Shown: positions 1 through 9,957 of the stretch, piece by piece | Position numbering within the stretch: position 1 is the first letter of the stretch | Layout: each line of letters starts with the position of its first letter | From: Klebsormidium nitens | Taxonomy: Eukaryota > Plantae > Klebsormidiophyceae | Reading direction: 5' to 3' | DNA: 64,000 nucleotides | Assembly (NCBI GenBank): GCA_000708835.1 | Contig: DF236958.1 | Coordinates: 1 to 64,000 of the forward strand | Position numbers and translations under genes: made by a program | Notes under the pieces: generated by a model | What the model saw: the letters and a program-made list of their open reading frames with translations, nothing else | Databases searched by the model: none | What the model was told of the DNA's origin: nothing

Positions 1-432
1 TTCATTGATCTGGTCCAGGGTCTTCCAATTGGCCGCTTCGCGCTCTGTTAGTTGCTGGGGAGGAGGCTTCGCATCCTCCATGAGCTTTCGAATATCCACA
101 TATCGTTTATAATAAGCATCATAGAGCTGTTTGTCCTCAGGGAATGCTTTGCGCGCTATTACAAGAAGCGGGTTAATTCAAGTGGCCTGCATCGATAGCT
201 TTGTAGGATACGCTTCTTGAAAATACTTGATGATCCCGTCGGCATCCTTGATCCAATCGAAGCTGGTAAAGTCTCGTTGTCGTTTGAACCCTTGAAACAA
301 GCGCATAACATGATTGATATATTGTTGAATTGTCAAATCCTTTCGAGTGCCATCTTCGAATGCCGAGCGCAGTAGCCTTTCCCCTTGGGTTACGGTGGTT
401 ATATGTCTCGTGCTTTCAATAGGCCCTTGCAT
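1..432 (-). pseudogene. N-terminal part of a virus/PLV-type tyrosine-recombinase-like protein with an in-frame stop; runs off the left edge
   Basis: The ORF 178..432 frame continues past TGA(178-180) as INPLLVIARKAFPEDKQLYDAYYKRYVDIRKLMEDAKPPPQQLTEREAANWKTLDQINE to base 1. The 'LTxxExxNWxxxxxI' segment resembles the region preceding the catalytic domain in PLV/NCLDV tyrosine recombinases. Catalytic residues lie outside the window. Confidence 0.5.
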
Positions 433-698
433 GTTTCACGTTATCTAGATACTGTGAAGAAAATTTTGACCACCTCAAAGTCCCCAATCCCAGATAACAT
501 GACTGAGCACGTTCAAAATTGATCGCGTGAAATCGAGATGGGTAGCAGCTTTTCACGGTGAAAACGGTTATGAGAGCCTGTAGAACCCGCCAGAAATGCG
601 AGATGGCCACTCAATTTTCGTACGAAAATATACTGGCTTTGGATACTGTGACTGAAGATGTACAGAATTGCAAAATGGGCTCCTTTGGCGCATTCCCG

Positions 699-1250
699 TT
701 ATCTGGGCGACGTGTTTTCAGAGGCTTCGTGAGCCACTCGAGCCTTTGACGGGTTTGCCAACATTTCAAGCCCCAAAAGCGGTTCGCTGTCGTCCCAAAT
801 GATACTTGGGGCACGGCACGAATAGGATGGGGAGTCGGCTCTTGGTGTTGCGCAAATCTTTGGAGATGACGCCTCCATACCATGCTCGTTTGTATAAGCC
901 GTTCTAACTCGCAACTTCCGTGCACGGCGTCGTGCTTGAGTTGCGCAATTCAGAGCGGTTCGCCAACTCACTTTCACACCGTACGGCCCGTTCATCCCCG
1001 TCTTATCCCAGTAGGCATCAAAACCCTCGGCAACCAATGATCGCACGAGCGCTCTGGTTATGTGGCCCGGGTCATGCGGTTCGGTAAGCGCTCGCATGCC
1101 GCCGAGAGCCACAACATCAAGGACGGTTTCAAGCAGTCCAAAGTCTTGGTAGCTTCTTATAATAGCTGACCGAGCGCTCTGTAGCACAGAACGATCCATC
1201 TCAAGGATTGCAGAGCGCGATCGGGGGCGATACCCAAGAATAGTATCCAT
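699..1250 (-). CDS. Hypothetical protein (183 aa), intronless, inside the virus-like block
   Basis: ATG-started ORF, co-oriented with its neighbours; no recognisable motif. Confidence 0.4.
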   Translation of the reverse strand: MDTILGYRPRSRSAILEMDRSVLQSARSAIIRSYQDFGLLETVLDVVALGGMRALTEPHDPGHITRALVRSLVAEGFDAYWDKTGMNGPYGVKVSWRTALNCATQARRRARKLRVRTAYTNEHGMEASSPKICATPRADSPSYSCRAPSIIWDDSEPLLGLEMLANPSKARVAHEASENTSPR

Positions 1251-1405
1251 GGATTCGACTGTTGGTTACGGTGCACAAAAAAATCTCAAAAGTACCAATG
1301 CTTTTACTGGGTGCTTTGATTCTTCATGTAATATCTCTTGTACGCCTTTGAAGGCTTGAACCTCTGCTCGAGTCGCTCATGTTATATAACCTCTCACGTG
1401 CCACT

Positions 1406-1858
1406 TTACGATCGCCGTCTGATCACAATTTGGCAAATCTTGTCATCAAAAACATGATCAACATGAGGCATGCTGGTGCTGGTATTGAAGGCCGTAATAG
1501 GGGAGACTGCGGGGTCCGCAATCGCAACCATAAATCCCCACAGCCCATGTCGGCCTCTGCCTTGATTGACACGGTGCACCCGTGCCGGCATCTCCCACCT
1601 TTGGCGGACTGTGTCGAACACCTCATAATCCTTGATGTCGCGCGCAACGAACCCCAAAGGATTCTCGCGATCTGCCGGGTCGAAGATCCCGATAGCATAT
1701 ACGTCATACCCGTTCCCCGAATGCTTGCGAAGCACGAGCTCCTGTCCGGGTCGAAGCTTGCGTATGCGTTCCTGACGGCCTTCGAAGCTGACCCCTACGG
1801 CTCGAAAAAGCATGCGCCCACCCGGAAGCTGCTCCATTAGGGGATTAGTCTGCTTCAT
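1406..1858 (-). CDS. Stand-alone HIRAN-domain protein
   Basis: AVGVSFEGRQERIRKLRPGQELVLRKHSGNGYDVYAIGIF..NPLGFVAR matches the HIRAN pattern (VG..Y/F...L..G..L.L.REP.N.YD..AI.V.....LGY.P). Confidence 0.8.
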   Translation of the reverse strand: MKQTNPLMEQLPGGRMLFRAVGVSFEGRQERIRKLRPGQELVLRKHSGNGYDVYAIGIFDPADRENPLGFVARDIKDYEVFDTVRQRWEMPARVHRVNQGRGRHGLWGFMVAIADPAVSPITAFNTSTSMPHVDHVFDDKICQIVIRRRS

Positions 1859-2115
1859 TGAATTGAGCTTATCCCTTAAGTATGTTCAATGCAATCTGCG
1901 AGCTTTGAAGGACGGATGTTCGAGACGTCGGTTGTCATGGTTGCGCTCAAAGTACGCCATTGTACAATACAAGCAAGTCCACAGAGAAACACATGTAGAC
2001 TTCATCAAAGGCGCGCCCAGATCCGATCATGCCGGCAGCCATGTGTCGACATGTTTCAAATGGCCACATAGCACATCATATGAATTTGAAGTCGTAACCT
2101 ACAATCTTTCTTGGT

Positions 2116-2187
2116 GGACCACACCTTGCATACGGCTTTACCTAGCATACATACGGGTTCCTTATAATCATCGACAAGGTGTGGTCA
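2116..2187. repeat. Single palindromic unit (family A)
   Basis: GGACCACACCTTGC (2116-2129), 44-nt spacer, ACAAGGTGTGGTCA (2174-2187); intergenic between the HIRAN and helicase genes. Confidence 0.85.
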
Positions 2188-4580
2188 ATATTGAGGAGCC
2201 ACTTGCTTTGCAAATCAATATATAAGCGTAGTCCTAACCGAAAACCCTCATCGTCACAATATGGCGCAGTGAGAAGCCCCCATCTGATTGTCAATAACTC
2301 ACTCTGTAACGCGAATCCCATACGTGCACTAAATCCTACCTTGAAGCATTCCATGAATCAAGAAGCCCGAACTACAATCTGACACTCTTCATTCTGGGTC
2401 ACCATCGCTGGCCACCTAAAATGAACCCCGTCAATGTACTCTGTCAATGCTGCGGGAACATTTCGCGACTTTAGAGCAGGTGAATCTTTGAGTCGCAACT
2501 TCAACAGCTGGGCCATGAGATCTACCCCCACCGGCCCATCGACTGGCCGTATCGGCGTCAGAGGCTTCCGCAGCACTTTCCACCCCCCATAAATCCGAGC
2601 ACCCCTTCGCCCCTGCGCGTTCCGTGGCAATCGGCCATTCTGCACGGCCTTGACCTGCAACCCGAGCTCCGAGAAGACGTGGTTCAGGGCGATCGTGGCC
2701 GACTTTTGCTTTGTTAGGACGTCCTGGTTTGGGAGCGCGCGCGCCTGAAACAGCTTCACGGTCTCAGAGTAATCCCCGAAAGTAGCTGGTGGCCGCCAGC
2801 TCCTCCCTCAGCTCTGCAAGAGTCCTGGTGACGTGCTCGTGGGCGAGGGGGTGCGGAAAACCCAACACCTCCAGCAGCTCCTTTGCAATGGCGGCCTTCT
2901 GAGAGGCGTACCTTGGCCGCCCGATCTCCTCATCGTCGAATTCGTATTGAGGATCGACGACCTGCAAAATGAACTCGACCGCGAGGTTCGGATAAGGGCC
3001 AAACGTGCTGAGGAAATTGGCGTCCAGCTGCCGCACACGGTAAAATCCTGCGAGCTGGTACTTCTCCAGCTGCACCCTCTCCCCCGGGGAGTCCTCGTTC
3101 CTGCGGACACGGGCCTCGATGGCAGCGAATTGACCAGGCGTGATGTCAGGGGCGGCGATCATTTGCTCGAGTAGAAACTTGCCCCTGCTCTGATCCCTTC
3201 CGCCCGGCTCACCCCCATCGGCCTGGTCCAGAACCCGCACCCCCCTCACGACGTGGCCGTCGCTCTCCAACAGCTCCGTAAACTCCTCGTAGAAGTGCGT
3301 CCGGCCATTAAAGAGCTCCGTCTCGTTGTGCGCAAGAAGGCGCGTGATTGCGCCCTCGCAATAGACCCCTCCCCCGACCTTCTCATCTCGGTTAAGGAAC
3401 CACTGGTACGTCTCCTCGACCCCCAGCCTTGGGACCCCTCCGGCTTTTCTCCCCGTAAGCGTCCTGTATGCGCTTCCCTCAGGCCCCGTCGTCGGCAAGT
3501 TGATGCCCTGCCTGACAAAGCACAGGACCACGGGGTCGACCAGCTGCCGAACCCGCCCCTTCATCTGGTCGAGCCCGCGCGGGTGCGTGCTCTTCTTGCA
3601 GATGTAAAGGAACATCTTGTGGAACCATGGCCGATTGAAGTCCACCCCCGCCTCCACCGTGGGACTGATGATGACGAGCCGCTTTGCCCAGCTCTCGTTC
3701 ACATTCCCGAGGCCCCGCTTCACCTCCCCATCAGAGTGCCGCGTGATGACGAGAATCTGCCCCTCGTCCACAAGCCCCCGCTCTGCCACCGCACTTCCCA
3801 GACTCCGCGCCCTGTCCGACGACATGCTGGCCACAAACACGTTTTGGCCGGCCCCGAGCGCCTCAAAGATCGCGCTCTCCCACAGCTGGAGCCCAGCCCG
3901 CCCCTCAAGAAACTCGAACTGGAGAGGCCGCTCCGGCACGTGCTTGTTGATGATCACGGGGGATCAGCGGATCCCGTGCAGCGTCAGGAAGTCGAAGGTC
4001 CGCTGCCCCAGATGTCCGTCCAGGCAAATGACCCGGCGCGCGCGGCGAAGCAGCTCGGCGATCAGCCGGATGGTGACGGTTCTCACCGACAGGGTGTCGG
4101 CCGAGAGGTGCGCAAGAATGGACTCGCTCTCGTCGAGAATGACCAGGTCAAAGGCCGGAACGCGCGCGTCGTCGCCCACGAGCCCACGCAGGCTGTCGGC
4201 CTGGCAGATGACGCGCGGATAGAGCTCCCTGTCGGCGAGAGGCTCGACGAAGCGCTCCCCGACCTCGCGCCCCCGTTTCGTTTTCAATTCGCCGTAGTGC
4301 GCAAAATCAGGGTTCTTTCCAGCTGCATCGCTGGCTTGTGTCTGTCGGTAGGTGATCGCAAGGGCCGTCTCTGGTCGGGGCGGCTCTTGAAGGATGGCCC
4401 GGGTGGTCGTCGACTTTGCGGTGTCCATGGGGCTCCTGATCAGGGCCGCCTTGTAACGGCCAGCCTGCCACCTGCAAGGAGGAGGGGGTACAGCATGAGC
4501 CAACCAGAGAGTCGACCGTCAACTCCGAGAAACCGTTCACTTATCACGGCCGGAGATGAGAGTTTGCCTAGTGATTGGCT

Positions 4581-4823
4581 GGTCCACACCTTGCAATAAG
4601 CTGAGAGAGGAACAAGAAGGGGGTTTCCTAATGACAATTGGCAAGGTGTGGGCCAGCGCACTGAAACTGCCTGCCACAGGTTCTCCAAGGCCCGTATGGC
4701 CGGCCTGACTTATGATCAGCTTGTCCACACCTTGCAAACGGCCGAGCGACGCAAAGAGTGGGTTTCCAATTAACAACTGGGAAGGTGTGGGCCAGCGCAC
4801 TGAAGCTAATGGCAGGCCTGACT
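4581..4823. repeat. Tandem array of family A palindromes (~141-bp period) inside the intron, running into the N gap
   Basis: Arms at 4581-4594/4641-4654 and 4722-4735/4780-4793. Confidence 0.85.
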
Positions 4824-5309
4824 TNNNNNNNNNNNNNNNNNNNNNNNNNNNNNNNNNNNNNNNNNNNNNNNNNNNNNNNNNNNNNNNNNNNNNNNNNNNN
4901 NNNNNNNNNNNNNNNNNNNNNNNNNNNNNNNNNNNNNNNNNNNNNNNNNNNNNNNNNNNNNNNNNNNNNNNNNNNNNNNNNNNNNNNNNNNNNNNNNNNN
5001 NNNNNNNNNNNNNNNNNNNNNNNNNNNNNNNNNNNNNNNNNNNNNNNNNNNNNNNNNNNNNNNNNNNNNNNNNNNNNNNNNNNNNNNNNNNNNNNNNNNN
5101 NNNNNNNNNNNNNNNNNNNNNNNNNNNNNNNNNNNNNNNNNNNNNNNNNNNNNNNNNNNNNNNNNNNNNNNNNNNNNNNNNNNNNNNNNNNNNNNNNNNN
5201 NNNNNNNNNNNNNNNNNNNNNNNNNNNNNNNNNNNNNNNNNNNNNNNNNNNNNNNNNNNNNNNNNNNNNNNNNNNNNNNNNNNNNNNNNNNNNNNNNNNN
5301 NNNNNNNNN
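4824..5309. other. Assembly gap (N run)
   Basis: N stretch immediately after family A repeats. Confidence 0.99.
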
Positions 5310-7364
5310 CCAACAAACTCATGGTTGGACGGCTGAATTATGTCCAAGTTGCGGCCCTCGCAATCGATTTCAAGCTCGTGCACAAAGCCCTGAAACTCAC
5401 TTGTTGAGCATGTCATTCAAGACGACCATGTCCGTCAGGTCCCAGAACCCGCCGCGAATCAGCTGCAGGTCCATGGGCGCCGCGGCCAGCGGCTTGCGCT
5501 CCAGGTACCGCATGTTCACCTCAACCGCCCCGTCCTTCCAAGTCTCGACGTCCGCGTAGAACGGGCCCAGGTACCGCGCCGGCAACTCCTTGCAGCGCAA
5601 GCCCGTCCCAGCATCCAGGCGCGCGCTATCACACTTGGCAAAGACAGCGTTACGCTTGGGATCGGCAATGACGAGGATGTCCCGCGAGCCCTCGTGGACG
5701 TTCCCCGAATAGCACGGCTCGCTCCGGTCGTGCCAGCTGAAGTTCAGAGAGCTTGCTGACACGGAGCCCCTGCGGTACGCCGTCGGATGCAGGGTCTGGA
5801 CCAGCTCTGTACACCTCTGGGCCGTGTACGCGCTCGCTGTCGTGGCGTTCTGGTACCGAAAGTGCTCGGGCCAGGTACGGGGGCGTCGAGGCTCGGCTAC
5901 CGCGTCCGGCAGGCTGGTCGGCACTTGAATGATCTGGACGTGTTCGTCCAGCCAGGTGATGCATGCATCGGCGTACGGCTTGCTCTCGTCCAAGGGGATG
6001 AGGCGGCTGCGGGGGGTTGCGGGCTTTGAACAATACGGGAGCCGGATCCCCCGGTTCCTGGTGTACACCGACTGGTCGATGAGCTCGGTGTACTGCGGGG
6101 GCAGGCGCCGGGGGAGCTCCCTGGCGAGGTGCCCCGCGCCCTGATGGTCGGCGGGTGCAGCTAGGTTGGAGAGGAAGACGAACTGGGGGAAGTGGGTCGA
6201 GACCACCAGGTGCAGGCTGAACTTGCCGCCGGGCCCGTAGTCACAGAGGAGCCAGTTGAAGGACTCGGAAGGAAGCTCGATGTTGTAGTCCTCCTGGAAA
6301 ATGGCCGCCTCAAAGGCCTCGATGACCATCTCTAGCGTCACTCCCTCCGGCAACCCCCCATCTCTCTCTAGGTCCAGATAGGGCTTGCACGCGCACCCAG
6401 CCTTGATTGCCTCTTCGAGGTGTTGCTGCCCTTCTTGAAAGGGGTATGCGGTGGGCCAGCCGGGGTAGGATCCAAACTCTCGGGAGGGGCACAGGCGCCG
6501 AATCTCCACCGAATGACCGAGGACCTCGCCGTAGCGTCTGCAGAAGCCCTGCGGCCCATCCTTGGGGTCTCTATAACTGACCGGCTCCTCCGTGAACTTG
6601 CGCTTTGCAAAGGAGGAAGGTGCCCAACTCCGCCTTCTTGACCGTGAACAGCTTGCCGTCGTGCTCGCTATGGACGACAATGGCGCCGTCTTCTTCGAGC
6701 TGACGTTCAGCAGACGAGGCCTGCATGACACGAGATTTGCACACATTCATGGGGTGCGCGATTGATGGGCCACGCGCACACACTCAGCAAAACCACAGGA
6801 TGGCCGGCCTCTTGCGAGGACCTTGGCTTGAGGAGGGATTCAAGAGCTCAAAAGATGATTTCAAAAAGAACGATCATGCCTTGTTTTACCGAGAAGGCAC
6901 AAAGATGGATGTGGCCGGCCATTGAAATTGGAATGAACCCTGTGAACACTTGCCGTGGCAAAAAGGCAAATGCTTTGCCCAAAAATTTACCGGTGTGGCC
7001 CCAACCTGCGGAGCACGTGGGAGCGAAAAGGCGCCAGAGTCCACGACCAGCTGCTCGGAAAGGGCAGCCTGTCTGGTCGACGCTCCTCTCTAAACACCCG
7101 TGCTGCTCTCCTGCAAAAACGTTGTGAACAGTGCATGAGTGCGCGGAACCTAGAGAGACACACAATGGCACCCGGGAGAGGCACGAAAGCTGCACCCAGT
7201 TGGTCTGGACACATCGATTGGGGGGCGGGGGTGATTGTGGACTGACTTAGGGATATCACTCGCGAGCAATAGAGTACAGATTCCAGGTGGTCAGGGTCGT
7301 TTGTGAAGGGGGTGCTCGTTGACTGACTTAGGGGGAAGCTGCAAACAGCAATAGGGCAACGAGG

Positions 7365-7805
7365 ATGGGCTACTCCACAAGCTTCGCGGGTCAGTTCGCC
7401 CTGTTAAGGGCCCTGACTGCTGATGAGAGCGCCATTTTAGAGACGCTCTACGAGCACTTCCACGAGCTAGAGGAGCCCTTGCCTTATGCGCCCGCTGGAG
7501 AACGCCCTGTAACAATCAAACGCACACTCTAGAACCGGACATACTCTGGGGAGGAGCGCGGCAAGAAGTTCTCCTCGTACTACGGCCAGTGGAAGCTCTC
7601 TCCCGACGGAACAGCTCTTTTGTGGGACGGAGAAGAAAAGTTCTACTCTTATGTTGGCTGGTTGGAGTACCTCATTTCACACTTCTTCGCCCCGTGGGAC
7701 GTGAAGCTCAGCGGAACCGTTTGGTGGAAAGGCGACTGGCGAGGCGACCGAAGGGATAGAATCATCGTGAAAACCCCGAGATCCAAGGGACCCAGAGGCA
7801 ACTAG
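7365..7805 (+). pseudogene. Phage-type conserved hypothetical protein (MGYxTxF... / WDGxEKFYxYVxWLEYLIxHF family) with an in-frame TAG
   Basis: MGYSTSFAGQFALLRAL...KRTL*NRTY...GQWKLSPDGTALLWDGEEKFYSYVGWLEYLISHFFAPWDVKLSGTVWWKG in one frame; TAG at 7530-7532. Confidence 0.7.
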
Positions 7806-8243
7806 GTTGTAGCAGATCAAAAACTCACTCGAACAGGTTGGCCCAGTCGCAGGCCTCGGCCCGCACCGCTACAAGACTGAGGCGCGCCCGTCAGATTGTT
7901 GAGACAGCCAGTGACCTGGGACCCGGCGGCTGGGGAGGCAGGCGCAAATGGCTGAGCAGAAGGCATGGACTGGTCACCAATGTCCTGCTGTGGGGTTGCT
8001 GTGAGGAGGGACGTCCGTCCAAGCTGCACATGCATAACATGATGTAAGAGGCGGGTAACATTCCTTCAAGTGCTGATTCGGAGTGGCAACATCCACTTCT
8101 TCGTCAAAGCGCCTCGATCTGATGCATGATGGCAACCCCTGCCTCATGCCCCCATTTCAGAGCCTTCCTTATTTGAAAACGGCCTTGAAGATGCATTGCA
8201 GAAGGATCATAGATGGGATGGATCGCATGACTTGCAATCAATT

Positions 8244-8665
8244 AGACCACACCTTGCACATGACTCTGTGTGGCAAAAACCGAGTTTCCCAAAGAATCAT
8301 TGACAAGGTGTGGTCCAAGGCCGATTCTGCTCTGCCACTTGCTTCTTTATTCCTGGGATGGCCAGCCTGACGTACTGTTTCGTGGACCACACCTTGCCAA
8401 TGGTTCACGGGGCAAAAAGTGACTTCCCTAAGAATCATTTACAAGGTGTGGTCCAATGCCAAATAACACCTTCGTGCCACTTGCTTCTTTATGCCTGGGA
8501 TGGCCAGCTTGACGTACTGTTCGGTGGACCACACCTTGCCAGTGGTTCACAGGGGCAAAAAGTGAGTGTCCTAATCATCATTCGCAAGGTGTGGTCCACA
8601 AGACACGAACTGCTTGCCACGTGCTTCTCTATGCATGGGATGGCCGGCCCGACGTACCGTTGGCT
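8244..8665. repeat. Tandem array of family A palindromes (~3.5 units, 140-142-bp period)
   Basis: Arm pairs at 8244/8303, 8384/8441 and 8526/8584; shared linker GCCACTTGCTTCTTTAT..GGGATGGCCAGC.TGACGTAC. Confidence 0.9.
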
Positions 8666-8679
8666 GCCCAGCTTTTGGA

Positions 8680-9850
8680 TGCGCACGTGGCACGATCACG
8701 CATCTTGCGAACTCATTCTCCAGACGCGAGTTGTCATCAGAGTCCATGTCGAAGTCGTCCCACCGGCCATAACTGTCTTCCTCAGGCTCTGATAGCGAGC
8801 TGCCGGCGGCGGCTTCAGCCATCAGCTGATCAGCGGCAGCAACCCCGAGCTCTTCATCTTTGCGGCATGGCTTCGGCACGGATCTGGGATACCAACTTCA
8901 GATGAGGACCCTGGCGATGAGAGCACCACCCGGGACGGGCGCCCAGTCCGAAGCGAGTTGAATGCCCTATTTGGAGCCCGCCGTTTAAAGCGCCCCCCCA
9001 GGAGTTGGGATAGAGACTCGGAATCAGAGGACTCCATTGCTGCAAGCTGGCCGGCCGTAATGACAGGGTTCTCTTCCGCCTGGCTTGCATCGTCGATTAT
9101 TGCGCGGTCCTGTGAAGTCTCTTCATCCGAGGATTCCGCCGCGCTCTTAAACTCTGCCTCCTCGATGTCCCCGCCATCCCCTTCAGACTCTGAAGCCTGC
9201 GACTCGTCATCGCTGGCGAGGGTTGAATGCTGATGGTGCTCAAGTTTGTCTGTTGCCTGCAGAGAAGGACATGTTGTTCGACATGTATAGATTGAGCGGC
9301 CCCGTTGAGCAACGTGTCGGCAAGAGTGTCAGCAGCATCCGCGGGATTGACTGGCTGAAGGTGGTATACCATCCCTTTTAAGAAAGCAGTCCCTTCATCC
9401 GTCCGCACAAGTCGACAATTTCCTCTATCATGAACCGAAACCTCCTGACAAAGATCTAAGCGATGCTTCCTTGAACTAAACATTGCACCTTGTGAGCAGG
9501 CTGGATTCGGTTGCCTAGTTAAAAGGAGGGGGCACGTGCCTTTCCAAGCCTGCAAGACGGAGCCACTTGCTCACCGCTTCTCGAAGCCGGCCTACTTGCT
9601 CTTCACCAGAGTCGGAGCTTGACGACGACTGGGACAGGATGACTTTGCGCCTTTGCTAAGTGCGACGGTCTTCATCTGAGTCATCGACGATCCTGCGGGG
9701 CCTGCGCCGTCTGATCCCTCCCAGCTCTTCTGACACCTGTCCAGGTGATCCCCTGGGACCACGCTCTCCGACTGACACCTGTAGAACATCCTAGCAAGTC
9801 GGTCCAAGCGAAGAAGCATCCGGAAGGTAAAGAGCTGCGACAAGGGCCTT
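8680..9850 (-). pseudogene. Fragmented acidic/low-complexity ORF remnants
   Basis: Frame-switching Asp/Glu/Ser-rich segments (e.g. RRRRPRRIVDDSDED; DDESQASESEGDGGDIEEAEF; WDDFDMDSDDNS); no family recognised. Confidence 0.35.
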
Positions 9851-9957
9851 CACTTTGTTTGTGTGAGCAGCCCCATGCAGAAGTCGGGAATTACAAGGCT
9901 CTGACTACTGTTCAAGCGCCTGCCTGATCAGAGAGGATATGACAAGCATGTTGGTCC

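Larger units (their letters stand above)
4472..5400 (-). other. Spliceosomal GT-AG intron in the viral primase-helicase gene
   Basis: Donor AA|GTGAGT at 5400 and acceptor CCCCCTCCTCCTTGCAG|G at 4472. Phase-2 splicing gives the continuous reading DMLNK-WQAGRYKAALIRSPM. Confidence 0.8.
2358..6746 (-). pseudogene. Viral-type AEP (PrimPol-like) primase fused to UL9/origin-binding-protein-like SF2 helicase; 2 exons, disrupted
   Basis: AEP motifs CKPYLDLE, KFSLHLVV and IDQSVYTRNRGIRLPYCSK in 5401-6746. Helicase motifs ALIRSPMDTAKST, ITYRQT, DLVILDESES, VICLDG, LVIISPTVEAGVDF and QMKGRVR in 2764-4471. The pieces join via intron 4472-5400, an in-frame TGA at 3964-3966 and a +1 G frameshift at ~2775 (repaired reading YFRDYSETVKLFQ). 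Confidence 0.85.

Noticed and set aside
515-522. Mimivirus early promoter AAAATTGA
   Set aside because: The 8-mer also occurs in host regions (~33118, ~44776) and is expected by chance; it is on the strand opposite the recognised viral genes nearby.
3253-4599. 448-aa + strand ORF
   Set aside because: Antisense shadow of the GC-rich helicase coding strand.
4537-5416. ORFs spanning N runs (also 9968-11002)
   Set aside because: Artefacts of X translation across the assembly gaps.
6762-7195. Small ORFs between the primase and the phage-type gene
   Set aside because: Competing frames on both strands, a probable frameshift and no motif; cannot support a call.
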